Origin: Octopus bimaculoides
Lineage: Eukaryota
Length of the DNA: 64,000 bases
Direction: 5' to 3'
Assembly: GCF_001194135.2 (NCBI RefSeq)
Contig: NC_068987.1
Span: 10,905,191 to 10,969,190 of the forward strand
Under the pieces are notes generated by a model, which did not search any database, had not been told where the DNA came from, and saw only the letters and a program-made list of their open reading frames with translations. Shown piece after piece: positions 1 through 11,599 of this stretch; positions within the stretch are counted from its first letter, which is position 1; each line of letters starts with the position of its first letter. The translations under genes were made by a program, and so were the position numbers.

Positions 1-340
1 TGTGTCTGTATGCATATATATGTAAATATGTGTGTGTGTGTGTATTTATATACAGGTATGTGTGTATATATGTATGCAAGTGTGTATATGTATATATATA
101 TGTGGATATATATATATATATGTGTGTGTGTGGATATATATATATGTGTGTAAATATATATCTATATGTGTGTGTGTGTGTATATATATACAGGTGTATG
201 TGTATATATGTATGTGTATGTATGCATGTTTGTGTGTATGCATGCATGTATGTATGTATGTGTGTGTGTGTGTGAATATATATATGAGTGTATACATATG
301 TATATGTGTGTGTGTATATATATATATATATGTATATGTA

Positions 341-407
<67 letters not shown>

Positions 408-737
408 ATATGTAGNNNNNNNNNNNNNNNNNNNNNNNNNNNNNNNNNNNNNNNNNNNNNNNNNNNNNNNNNNNNAGTGTGTATATGTATATATATATGT
501 GGATATATATATATATATATGTGTGTGTGGATATATATATATGTGTGTAAATATATATCTATATGTGTGTGTGTGTGTATATATATACAGGTGTATGTGT
601 ATATATGTATGTGTATGTATGCATGTTTGTGTGTATGCATGCATGTATGTATGTATGTGTGTGTGTGTGTGAATATATATATGAGTGTATACATATGTAT
701 ATGTGTGTGTGTATATATATATATATATGTATATGTA

Positions 738-804
<67 letters not shown>

Positions 805-850
805 ATATGTAGATGTATATGTGTGTGTGTGTGCGTGCTTGTATATATGA
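1..850. repeat. Compound (TG)/(TA) microsatellite block; 79-415 is repeated at 476-812 across an N gap
   Basis: Only dinucleotide-type repeats; the ORFs at 166/563 and 288/685 have identical translations offset by 397 bp. Confidence 0.95.
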
Positions 851-1749
851 AATCTGTGCATGTGAAAAGTGGCAATATAGTGGTTGGCAGTGATGGTGGA
901 GGTGGGTATACTACGTTTTCTTCTGTGAATTGAAATAATGAAATAAGACGCTTTTTACATTTTGCTATTAATCATTTCACAGAAATGGATGTTTTCACAA
1001 AAGTTACTCGTGTTAGCAACAGCGATTTTATTATTGCCTCCCTAGTTTATATTATAATATTTTGAATTTTATTTTGTTTTCAACATAAGAGTTGAAATAA
1101 AATTGGTCTTTTTTTTTGTTTTTTTTTCAGTTTTCTCATTTTTTTTTTTTGCGGTATTTTCGTTTTTTCTGTATCTAAATTCTTAGTATTTCATTCTATT
1201 TTTCTTTGTGCATCTGAATTTTTTTCAATTAGTCTTCTGGTTATTTTTTTTTTTGTTATGTACTAAATTTTTGTTTTCTAGGAATTTTTTTTTTCATTTA
1301 GCTTATACGCTTCTCGTAATCTGTTTCATAAAATATCTCTATTTTCTGAATCAGTTTCAAAGTTTTGAAGTCTTATTTTAGCACACACGCTGATACGCAT
1401 GTGCACATGTTACTCGCATGCATGCATGTATGCATGTGATTATTTGGTCATCTTCTAAAATGTTTTTGTTATTAAAATTCCGAGGGAGACTGTGTGTGTC
1501 TGACAGATAATTGATCATAATTTTTCATCAGGCTGCATGTTAGGCAGTGAAGGTAGGATTGTGCTCGGACTTCAGTCAGATCATATATATATCATCATCA
1601 TCTTCATCATCATCATTGTAGTGCCTACCTTTCCATGCTTGCATTGGTTCTACAAAGTTTTATCGAAGCAGATTTTTTTCACACAGCTATCCTCGTCCAT
1701 TCTCACCAAATGACCATACGAGAGACGATTGCACTGGTATGGTCATTTG

Positions 1750-2360
1750 GCGAGAATAGCTGTGTGGAAAAGTGCCACAGCCTTGCGGTTGAGGGTGCCT
1801 GTGGAAGAGGTAGACCCAGAAAGACCTGGGATGAGGTGGTGAAGCACGACCTTCAAACATTAGGCCTCACTGAGGCAATGACTTGTGACCGAGACCTTTG
1901 GAAATATGCTGTGTGAGAAGACCCAACAAGACAATTGAGACCATAACCCGTGGCCTTTACCAGGGGTGTAGCCAGCCCACTTATGCGTACCTTTCCTTCT
2001 TTGGACACAAAACCCTGCTTGCGAAGACCTGTTGAGACAAGTGGAATCAAAATCGTAAATTGAACCAAATCCGTTGACTGGCACCCATGCCAGTGGAGTG
2101 CTAACAGCACCATCCGAGCAGGATTACTGCCAGAGCAGCAGTCTTACTCCTGTGCCGGTGGCACGTAAAAAGCACCATTTGAGCACGATCGTTTCCAGCT
2201 TCGCCTTACTGGCACTTGTGCCAGTGGCATGTAACCAGAACATTGGACTGACTCCTGTGCAGGTGGCATGTAAAAAACACCATTTGAGCGTGGCCGTTGC
2301 CAGTACCGCCGGACTGGCCCTTGTGCCGGTGGTACGTAAAAAGCACCCACTACACTCTCG
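1750..2360 (+). mobile_element. RTE-clade LINE fragment: ORF2 C-terminus plus 3' UTR with ~66-bp subrepeats
   Basis: Translation ENSCVEKCHSLAVEGACGRGRPRKTWDEVVKHDLQTLGLTEAMTCDRDLWKYAV* fits the RTE C-terminal RGRPRKTW..V..DL...DR..W motif; the UTR overlaps the (GAT)n-tailed copies at 6.6, 49.6 and 60.9 kb. Confidence 0.85.
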
Positions 2361-2486
2361 CACACCCTCACTTGTAGACGTGATCACCAATTCACAAGCA
2401 CTTGTAGATGGATTTGTAGATTCCTTTTTAAAAAACAAGTCTGGAGTTGTTTGCTTAGAAGAAGCTTTTCTTTGCTCTCTCTCTCT

Positions 2487-2619
2487 CTTTTTACTCTTTT
2501 CCTTATTTCAGTCATTTGACTGTGGCCATGCTGGAGCACTGCCTTTTAGTCGAGCAAATCGACCCCAGGACTTATTCTTTGTAAGCCTAGTACTTATTCT
2601 ATCGGTCTCTTTTGCCAAC
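2487..2619 (-). mobile_element. SINE family A, 3' fragment
   Basis: Matches the tail (cagtcatttgactgcggccatgctggagcac...) of full copies at 20.1 and 56.5 kb. Confidence 0.85.
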
Positions 2620-3049
2620 CAGGACCACAAAAAAAGATAAATAAACTCAAAACGTTAAGATCATTATTAGTTTCACTTTCTAAAGGTATCGTGTATTAGT
2701 TTTGCTAATTTAGTGATGTATTTGTCTAATGATTCTTAAAATCACTTAAAAATGATAGCTACAGTTATCCCCCCCCCCCCCGCCTGTAATCTGACTGTTT
2801 ATTCTCATTCTGTAGAAACCCTGGTTAGTTCTTGGAAAGATATCACGTTATAAACAACTCTTCAAATTACATTAAAAAAATACAAGAACAACACTTATAT
2901 ATTATTAAATCTGAATTACATGGCAGCATTGTGTTAATTTTTGATAAGAGGTGTGAAGTGTAGACGTGTGGAAAACCAAATAACTTGTGCCAAGTTAGGT
3001 GCTTTAAACGAATGATTGATGGAGATATGAAGTAACAGGTGATATCGTC

Positions 3050-3290
3050 GTCATCATCATCATCATTATGTAGCATGTAACATCCATTTTCCATGCTGGC
3101 ATGGGTTGGATGGTTTGAAAGGATCTTACAACCTGCAAGGGTGTGTTGAGCTCCAGTATCAGCTTTGGCAAGGTTTTTACAGGTGGATGCCCTTCCTAAT
3201 TAATGCCAACCACTTTTCTGTGTGTACCAAATGCTTTTTTTTTGTTTTTCATGCCGTCAACACTAGTGAGGTTGCCAAATAACTTATGAG
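3050..3290 (-). mobile_element. Older RTE-type 3' end with (CAT)n tail
   Basis: ccatgctggcatgggttgga and ggatgcccttcctaa motifs are the reverse complement of the RTE 3' end. Confidence 0.7.
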
Positions 3291-3424
3291 GCAAGAAATG
3301 GAAAAAAGAAAAATCCCCTTTACCAAGTGTGGGGGGGGGGTATTTAAGGGCAGGGAGGTACTTCTTCCAAATATTCTTCGTTATGATTATATATTTTTTA
3401 TATAGAATTATAAATATATATGTA

Positions 3425-3578
3425 GTGGTTGACGTTAGGAAGGGCATCCAGCTGTAGAAACTGCCAAATCAGATTGGAGCCTGGTGTTGCCATCTGGTTT
3501 CACCAGTCCTCAGTCAGATCGTCCAACCCATGCTAGCATGGAAAGCGGACATTAAATGATGATGATGATGATGATGAT
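3425..3578 (+). mobile_element. RTE 3' end, 5'-truncated, (GAT)n tail
   Basis: gttaggaagggcatccagctgtagaaa...ggaaagcggacattaaatgatgatgat, near-identical to 6.7, 43.9, 49.8 and 61.1 kb. Confidence 0.9.
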
Positions 3579-3887
3579 NNNNNNNNNNNNNNNNNNNNNN
3601 NNNNNNNNNNNNNNNNNNNNNNNNNNNNNNNNNNNNNNNNNNNNNNNNNNNNNNNNNNNNNNNNNNNNNNNNNNNNNNNNNNNNNNNNNNNNNNNNNNNN
3701 NNNNNNNNNNNNNNNNNNNNNNNNNNNNNNNNNNNNNNNNNNNNNNNNNNNNNNNNNNNNNNNNNNNNNNNNNNNNNNNNNNNNNNNNNNNNNNNNNNNN
3801 NNNNNNNNNNNNNNNNNNNNNNNNNNNNNNNNNNNNNNNNNNNNNNNNNNNNNNNNNNNNNNNNNNNNNNNNNNNNNNNNNNNNNNN

Positions 3888-3926
<39 letters not shown>

Positions 3927-4136
3927 TATAGAGTGTTAAACATTTTTGGTATGCAAATTAGGGACTCCTTCATAGAGTAACTACTGTATTTGTTGAGTAT
4001 ATAAACAGTTTGGTTGCTTGTTTCTGTGGAGACTGTCAGAGTGATGTAGATACCTCTGATGAGAAATCAATTAAGGTTGTTCATAATTTTTTTTCAATCT
4101 GCTGAGAAATGGCTAAAATTTGCCCTGTTTATAATT

Positions 4137-4520
4137 CGTTGGCACTCCGTCAATTACGATGATGAGGGTTCCAGTTGATCTGATCAACAGAACAACCTGC
4201 TCATGAAATTAACATGCAAGTGGCTGAGCACTCCACAGACACGTGTACCCTTAACGTAGTTCTCGGGGAGATTCATTGTGACACAGAGTGTGACAAGGCT
4301 GGCCCTTTGAAATACAGGCACAACAGAAACAGGAAGAAAGAGTGAGAGAAAGTTGTGGTGAAAGAGTACAGCAGCGTTCGCCACCACCCCTTGCCGGAGC
4401 CTCGTGGAACTTTAGGTGTTTATGCTCAATAAGCACCCACAAACGCCTGATCTAGGAATCGAAACCACGATCCTTTGACTGTGGGTCCGCTGCCCTAACC
4501 ACTGGGCCATTGCGCCTCCA
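4137..4520 (-). mobile_element. tRNA-derived SINE family E, full length
   Basis: Minus-strand head with A-box TGGCCCAGTGG and B-box GTTTCGATTCC; 12-bp TSD ctgtttataatt at 4125-4136 and 4521-4532. Confidence 0.92.
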
Positions 4521-4589
4521 CTGTTTATAATTATACCATATCTTGCATATCTATATACAATCATACATACATACACACATATACACACA

Positions 4590-4744
4590 ATGGTCTTTTT
4601 TCTGTTTCCATGTACGAAATCCGCTCACAAGGCTTTGGTCAGCCCGAGACTATAGTAGAAGACACATGCCCAAGATGCCACACAGTGGGACTGAACCCAG
4701 AACCATGTGGTTGGGAAACTAGCTTCTTACCACACAGCCATGCC
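4590..4744 (-). mobile_element. SINE family A/A2 5' half (tRNA-like head plus CORE-like segment)
   Basis: gtgggactgaaccc (B-box) and cttaccacacagcca (A-box) on the minus strand. Confidence 0.8.
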
Positions 4745-5231
4745 TTTTGTTGATTATTGTAAAACATACCGTCAGTATTCATACACAACATGGTCTTTTT
4801 CTTTCACCTAACAGCTTGAAGCTTTGATTGTTGATTGGGGCTGTGTTATCAGGTGGTATTGGTTACACAGCTCTCCTTTATACTTGGCTATTCACTTAGA
4901 AAGAAAAGAAAGAAAGAAGAAAAAAAATCATACCCTTTGTTAGGATTAAACCTGTTCTGTAGCTTTTTTATAATTTGTTCAAATGTGTGAGCTTGTCTTT
5001 TTCTGGGAAGCAACTAGACTGAGGGGGGAAAAACGGAAAAACAAAAGCTATCAAGTGGTGAGGATCTGAAGATTTGTTTATACATTGCTGTGCTTGTTGA
5101 CTTGCTAGTGAAACAAGTACTGACCTGTAATGAGGTTAGAGTTGTGGACTAGGCTTTCAACATGAATAACTGGTCTTTTTTTTAATTTAAATTTTTATTT
5201 TTTTTCAATAAAGACAGTGATTTTATTCATA

Positions 5232-5617
5232 TACTCTTTTACTTGTTTCAGTCATTTGACTGCGGCCATGCTGGAGCACCGCCTTTAGTTGAGAAAATCG
5301 GCCCCCAGGACTTATTCTTTGTAAGCCTAGTACTTATTCTATCAGTCTCTTTTTGCCGAAAAACACACCAGCATCGTTTGACAAGCGATGGTGGGGGGGG
5401 GGGACAAACATAGACACACAAACACACATACATATGTATATATATATATATATATATACATATATACGACGGGCTTCTTTCAGTTTCCGTCTACTAAATC
5501 CATTGACAAGGATTTTGATGGCCCAGAGTTGTGGTAAGAAGACACTTGCCCAATGGATCACACGGTTGGACTGAACAAGAAACCTTGTGATTGGGAGACA
5601 AACTTCCGAACCACACA
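5232..5617 (-). mobile_element. SINE family A, near full length with internal (TA/CA) microsatellite
   Basis: Colinear with copies at 13.4, 20.1 and 56.5 kb. Confidence 0.88.
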
Positions 5618-5858
5618 TATTTATAGTTTGCCTTAAGCCTGCAGGAATATGAAGTGGGGAGGAACTACTTGGATTTTCAAGATACCTGTATTTAGTACGG
5701 TACCACTGGCATTCATTTTTGGCAACATGAAACGTCTTGCCGAAGGACACAATGTATCAAATCCACAGCCTACCAGTTGTGCTCCCAACACCTTTAACCA
5801 CAAAGCCCTAAAGCTTTCATATATGTGTTTGTAAGTGTGTGTGTGTGTGTGTATTCAG

Positions 5859-6011
5859 TTGTCACTAATTGTGACTAAGGTTGCAGGGTAGGTTGCTAGA
5901 AATAAGTGTTAAAAACTCTTAGAATCACAAAAAAGCACTAAGGTTTTTTTTTAACTCTTATTTCTAGCAATGTAGGTGCTACCCTGCATCCTCAGTCACA
6001 ATTAGCGACAA
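5859..6011. mobile_element. Foldback MITE-like element, ~153 bp
   Basis: Left arm ttgtcactaattgtgactaaggttgcagggtag...ttgctagaaataagtgttaaaaa pairs with the right arm (about 4 mismatches in 56 bp plus one bulge). Confidence 0.7.
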
Positions 6012-6567
6012 TTTTAATTTTCTTTTTTCAGTTTATATTGCGTATAGCTGACTTCATTATTTCACACACACACACACACACAGACACACACACACACACA
6101 CNNNNNNNNNNTTTTTTTTTTGTGTGTTATTCAGTAGAATATTAATTTAAGTGTCGCCATGTATGATTACAAGGTTTTCTTCTGTGAAACAATCTCGCTG
6201 TTTAACTGGGTTAAGTAAGGTATTACTTCATGCCAGGTCCTATTTCAGTCAGTGATATTACATCATCATCCAATTTTCTATGCTTTTTCCATGCTTGCAT
6301 CAGTTCCTCACCTTATTGAAGTCTTCCGTCGTCTCCTCTGTGAAACTTGACATCGTGAGATCAGTTTTCATTACATCTGTCAATGTCTTCCTTGCTTATT
6401 TCCTTTTTTTTACTTTGTCCTTTCTCTTGAATCTTTTTGCACTTCTTTAACCAACTGTCATCCTTCGTATCAGTGCAGTTTCTGCTTTGAATCCTCCATC
6501 TGATTTCTCTTCTACCCAGTTTTTTTTTTTTTTCTCAGTTCATTTGTTCTTCATTGTTTATACCCAC

Positions 6568-6848
6568 AGTGCCCCTGGACTGGCTCTTGTGCGGGTGGCA
6601 CATAAAATACACCATTTTGAGCGTGGCCATTGCCAGTACCGCTTGACTGGCCTTCGTGCGGGTGACACATAAAAGCACCCACTACACTCTCTGAGTGGTT
6701 GGCGTTAGGAAGGGCATCCAGCTGTAGAAACTCTGCCAAATCAGATTGGAGCCTGGTGTAGCCATCTGGTTTCACCAGTCCTCAGTCAAATCGTCCAACC
6801 CATGCTAGCATGGAAAGCGGACGTTAAACGATGATGATGATGATGATG
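6568..6848 (+). mobile_element. RTE 3' UTR (two subrepeats plus terminus), (GAT)n tail
   Basis: Shares subrepeats with 2140-2360 and the terminus with 3425-3578. Confidence 0.9.
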
Positions 6849-7640
6849 TGTCTTCTCAAGCACTGTGTATCACCCATCATTTCGGTCCTTCGTCATCTTT
6901 TCCACGAAGCACTCAGCATTCCTCACCTCATCCTGCATCTTCCTGAGTTTTCCTTTCCCACAAGTTCTCTGTACCATAAGCGACTGGCACATCTTTACCC
7001 AACTATCCTTCTCCAGTTACATCACCTGCACAAACCAACGTAACCTTCCCTTTTGCACACAACTTACACTTCTTATTCTCAATTTGTCTCTCAACACACC
7101 TGTGCTTTGTTTTTTCCTGGACACAGTTATTGCACATCCAGCAGAGCATACTTCCTTTATTTTTAATTTCTTTCTTGTCTTTGCCGTTCCTCTGCATTGA
7201 GGAACTACCATGTAGGATTGCAGTTTGTACACAGGGATCATGCGGCATGGCTTTCACACTGTTCAAGAAACACCTTTTGTTACCAACAGAGGTTGTACCT
7301 CTCTGAACTTTCTCCGGCTTATACTATACTTTCAAAACATCCACCACATCTAGGTAACAGAAATTATCTACTACCCCTAAGGATTCCCCTGGGCAATCGA
7401 GAGTATCTGTTTCCCTAATTGGTTATTAATCCTGGGTATCTGCTACATTAAAGAATCTGCTTTCTCTGGTAATCTACCAATATTCCACTGTACCTCTTGT
7501 GTGACTCAAGTTTGTACTGTATTCATCATATGAACCATGTAACAGCCGCAAGCCATTTGTCTAAACTCAACTACCTCAGTCCCCAGCAGATCACTAAGAA
7601 AGGAGAAGAGGGGCCATGTTGAAGGCTTTCTCTAGGTTGA
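6849..7640 (-). pseudogene. Decayed RTE ORF2 (post-RT region and C-terminus)
   Basis: Frameshifted minus-strand peptides DTLDCPGESLGVVDNFCYL, CVQTAILHGS, SMLCWMCN, LRDKLRIRSVSCVQKGRLRWFVQVM and SWVKMCQSLMVQRTCGKGK resemble the RTE motifs FCYLG, AMLHGSETW and RLRWFGHV. Confidence 0.8.
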
Positions 7641-7812
7641 TGAATATGGGTACAGCGGTTTACTTTTAGCTAAGTACTTCTCTTGCAGTTGTCTAATTAG
7701 AAAGATGGAATCAATAGTGCTTCTGATAGGTGAGTGTGTGTATGTTTATATATATATATGTGTGTGTGTGTGTGCGTGTGTGTATGTGCATATATATGTA
7801 TATGTATGTATG

Positions 7813-8560
7813 GCGCAGGAGTGGCTGTATGGTAAGTAGCTTGCTTACCAACCACATGGTTCCGGGTTCAGTCCCACTGCGTGGCACCTTGGGCAAGTGT
7901 CTTCTACTATAGCCTTGGGCCAACCAAAGCCTTGTGAGTGGATTTGGTAGACGGAAACTGAAAGAAGCCCGTCGTATATATGTATGTATGGCGCAGGAGN
8001 NNNNNNNNNNNNNNNNNNNNNNNNNNNNNNNNNNNNNNNNNNNNNNNNNNNNNNNNNNNNNNNNNNNNNNNNNNNNNNNNNNNNNNNNNNNNNNNNNNNN
8101 NNNNNNNNNNNNNNNNNNNNNNNNNNNNNNNNNNNNNNNNNNNNNNNNNNNNNNNNNNNNNNNNNNNNNNNNNNNNNNNNNNNNNNNNNNNNNNNNNNNN
8201 NNNNNNNNNNNNNNNNNNNNNNNNNNNNNNNNNNNNNNNNNNNNNNNNNNNNNNNNNNNNNNNNNNNNNNNNNNNNNNNNNNNNNNNNNNNNNNNNNNNN
8301 NNNNNNNNNNNNNNNNNNNNNNNNNNNNNNNNNNNNNNNNNNNNNNNTTTGTGTGTTTGTGTTTGTACCGCCACCATCGCTTGACAACCGATGCTAGTGT
8401 GTTTACGTCCCTGTAACTTAGCGGTTCGGCAAAAAGAGACCAGTAGAATAAGTAGTACTAGGCTTACAAAGAATAAGTCCTGGGGGTCGATTTTCTCGAC
8501 TAAAGGCGGTGCTCCAGCATGGCCAGAGTCAAATGACTGAAACAAGTAAAACAGAGAAAA
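7813..8560 (+). mobile_element. SINE family A spanning an N gap
   Basis: Head ggagtggctgtatggtaag...ggttcagtcccactgcgtggcaccttgggcaagtgtc; tail ...ctccagcatggcc...gactgaaacaagtaaaa. Confidence 0.9.
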
Positions 8561-9433
8561 GAGACAATACCTATGTGTGTGTGTGCATAATATGTGTGTG
8601 TAAATGCATTTCTGAGCAGTACTGAAGGTGGTTCGTTAAAGTTAACTGTAAACTTAGAATTGGTAAATTTATCAATTAAAGTGGTTGCATGAATAGTGCG
8701 CATACATGTATGTGTGTGTGTGTGTATTATATTATATTATATGTACGTATACACACGCACGCATATGAATTAGAAATAGACAAACTCGTTTATTGGATAT
8801 TTGATCGGTGTACTTCAGCTGCATCTCAATATTCTAAAATTGTAACTTGAGGCTGGTAAATTTAAGTTTCATTGCAAATACTTTTATTCTCTTCATAAAC
8901 AAAATTATGACTGCGATAAAAATAACACACACACACACACACACANNNNNNNNNNNNNNNNNNNNNNNNNNNNNNNNNNNNNNNNNNNNNNNNNNNNNNN
9001 NNNNNNNNNNNNNNNNNNNNNNNNNNNNNNNNNNNNNNNNNNNNNNNNNNNNNNNNNNNNNNNNNNNNNNNNNNNNNNNNNNNNNNNNNNNNNNNNNNNN
9101 NNNNNNNNNNNNNNNNNNNNNNNNNNNNNNNNNNNNNNNNNNNNNNNNNNNNNNNNNNNNNNNNNNNNNNNNNNNNNNNNNNNNNNNNNNNNNNNNNNNN
9201 NNNNNNNNNNNNNNNNNNNNNNNNNNNNNNNNNNNNNNNNNNNNNNNNNNNNNNNNNNNNNNNNNNNNNNNNNNNNNNNNNNNNNNNNNNNNNNNNNNNN
9301 NNNNNNNNNNNNNNNNNNNNNNNNNNNNNNNNNNNNNNNNNNNNNNNNNNNNNNNNNNNNNNNNNNNNNNNNNNNNNNNNNNNNNNNNNNNNNNNNNNNN
9401 NNNNNNNNNNNNNNNNNNNNNNNNNNNNNNNNN

Positions 9434-9466
<33 letters not shown>

Positions 9467-9802
9467 AAAACCAATTTGCTTAGTTATCTCTTTCTTAACA
9501 CCTTGTACTCTCCGTTTCCTTTAGTGTGAAATTCTATGAAATAGAAATAAAACGAAACTTTAATTTAATACAACTGCTCCCAACCCCCTACACACATTCC
9601 CCACACTAAACCGTACTTATACTTACATTGATATATGGCTGTCATTTGGGGCTGAAGCTTCCCTGAAGCCTCTTGTATCTTGGCGGAAATTCACGATCAC
9701 AATAAATATAGGAAATGATTTTTAATTACATAAATCAACAGCATATTTCTTTTCTCTATCATTTGTTCCAGTCGTTAGACTGCGGCCATACTGGGGCATC
9801 TG

Positions 9803-10655
9803 CCCTTTCCATTTTTCTCCCATATGTAAGGAGCCTGTGTTGAATGTTATTCAGCATGCTCCCTTCCAAGGCAATAAGCTTTGATTTGAGGAGGGTTTAG
9901 CTCCTCTTTTTAGCTAGCAGTCTGAGCAATCACGTAAATGTTCCCTTATTGGCTTTTCCATCTTTCTCTCTTATTTAGGGACCTCAGGTTGAACCTTATT
10001 CAATGTGTTCTTTTCCAAGACTATAAAATTTAATTTGAGGGAGATTTGGCTGCTATTTCTTACTAGCAAGCTGAGCAATCACATGGATGTCCCCTTATTT
10101 GCTTTTCCATCTTTTTCTCATGTAGGGACCCCAGGTCAAACCTTACCCAATGTATTCTTTTCTTAGACAATAGTTTGATTTAAGGGAGATTTTGCTGCTA
10201 TTTCTAGCAAGTGGTTGAGCAATTGCATAGGTGTTTCCACACTGGCTTCTCCATATTTTTCTCATATGTAGGGACTCCAGGTTGAACTCTATTGAACATG
10301 GTTTGAAGGAGATTTGGTTGCTATTTCTAGCTAGCAGGCTGAGCAGTCACAAGGATGTTTTCTCAATGGCTTTTCCGTCTTTCCCTTATATGTAGGTACC
10401 CCAGGTTGAATGTTATTCATGTTCTTTTCCAAGACAATGATTTGAGGGAAATTGAACTGCTATTTCTAGCTAGTGACCTGAGCAATCACATATTTTCTCA
10501 GTGGCTTTTCCATTTTTTTCCCCTTATGTAAGGATCCTAGATTGAACCTTATTCAAAGTTCTTTTCTAAGACAATAGTGTTTGAATCGATGGCAATTTGG
10601 CTGCTATTTCTAGCTAGCTGGTTGAGCAGTCACATAGATGCTACTTCATTGGCTT
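9803..10655. repeat. Tandem array of about 6 diverged ~125-150-bp units
   Basis: Recurrent ggcttttccat...atgtagggaccccaggttgaaccttattcaa...gagggagatttggctgctatttctagc; units start near 9805, 9952, 10101, 10245, 10368 and 10503. Confidence 0.9.
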
Positions 10656-10927
10656 GTTTAGTGAAGCGTTTGTTCATTTTGTGACATAATTAGCGCTGAG
10701 TGTGGAGCCATGGGTAGTGTATTTATGAGGGTTTGGATTTAAAGAATGTCTTTGTTTGCAACAAAAGGTTTTTCTTTCCATACAAAGAAAGAAGAAGGAA
10801 AGCACAGACTTTTGTGAGGTGTACGGAGAATGTGTGTCTGTTACTGTACGGGTGTATGGGAGACATGAATAGCAAAAGGCATAAAATGCCCTGTGAGTGA
10901 ACTTGGTTGGCAGAAACTGTATGGAAG

Positions 10928-11346
10928 GCAGCGAGCTGGCAGAAACGTTAGCACGCTGGGCGAAATGCTTAGCGGTATTACGTCTGCCATTACATTCTGA
11001 GTTCAAATTCCGCTGAGGTTGACTTTGCCTTTCATCCGTTTGGGTTTGATAAATTAAGTACCAGTTACGCACTGGGGTCGATGTAATCAACTTAATCCCT
11101 TTGTCTGTCCTTGTTTGTCCCCTCTATGTCTAGCCCCTTGTGGGCAATAAAGCAATAAGAAACGTTAGCATGCCGGGTGAAATGATTAGCGGTATTTCGT
11201 CTGCTGCTTCGTTCTGAGTTCAAATTCCGCCTGGGTCAACTTTGCCTTTCATCCTTTCGGGGGTCGATTAAATAAGTACCAGTTGTGCACTGGAGTCGAT
11301 GTAATCGACTTAATCCCTTTGTCTGTCCTTGTTTGTCCCCTCTATG
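10928..11346 (+). mobile_element. SINE family B1 tandem dimer following a family A fragment
   Basis: Head gcagcgagctggcagaaacgttagc, B-box ttctgagttcaaattcc, central gcctttcatcctttcggggtcgat; the second monomer is joined at AGAAAC (11158). Confidence 0.88.
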
Positions 11347-11599
11347 AAATACTGTTTAAGGCATACAAATTATTCACTTTGAATTTTTTCTTTGCAGCTA
11401 TTTAATAGAAACCTAAAATAAATTTCAATATATCTTAGATTATTTTTAGCGTTGAATATCTCATTGGTGTGTTTAAACAAATCAACCGTCATTTATTTCC
11501 ATTTCATATTTGAAATTTGCTATGAGAACACAATAGTTATATTTGCAATTAAAGAAATGGATTTGCTTCTATTCTTGGTTAATGATAAGCATAATCCTT

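Noticed and set aside
79-812. Exact 337-bp tandem duplication at 397-bp offset
   Set aside because: The identical copies flank a 60-N gap inside a microsatellite; most likely overlapping contig ends that were not merged.
30-933. Long ORFs of Y/I/C/V/H/T
   Set aside because: Translations of dinucleotide repeats; the same applies to 21.0-21.6, 59.9-60.4 kb and all X-filled ORFs.
2074-2640. 188-aa ORF
   Set aside because: It runs through the RTE 3' UTR subrepeats and a SINE tail; no domain signature.
4137-4520. tRNA-like heads as tRNA genes
   Set aside because: The A/B boxes are attached to SINE bodies with TSDs, with no complete acceptor stem, so they are SINE heads.
7800-7999. tatgtatgtatggcgcaggag repeated before the SINE head and again at the gap edge
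   Set aside because: It could be a second tandem SINE, but it abuts an N gap, so an assembly artefact cannot be excluded.
9803-10655. CRISPR-like array
   Set aside because: Eukaryotic context, whole units are homologous (no unique spacers), and there are no cas genes; the same holds for 22403-22500 and 55030-55372.
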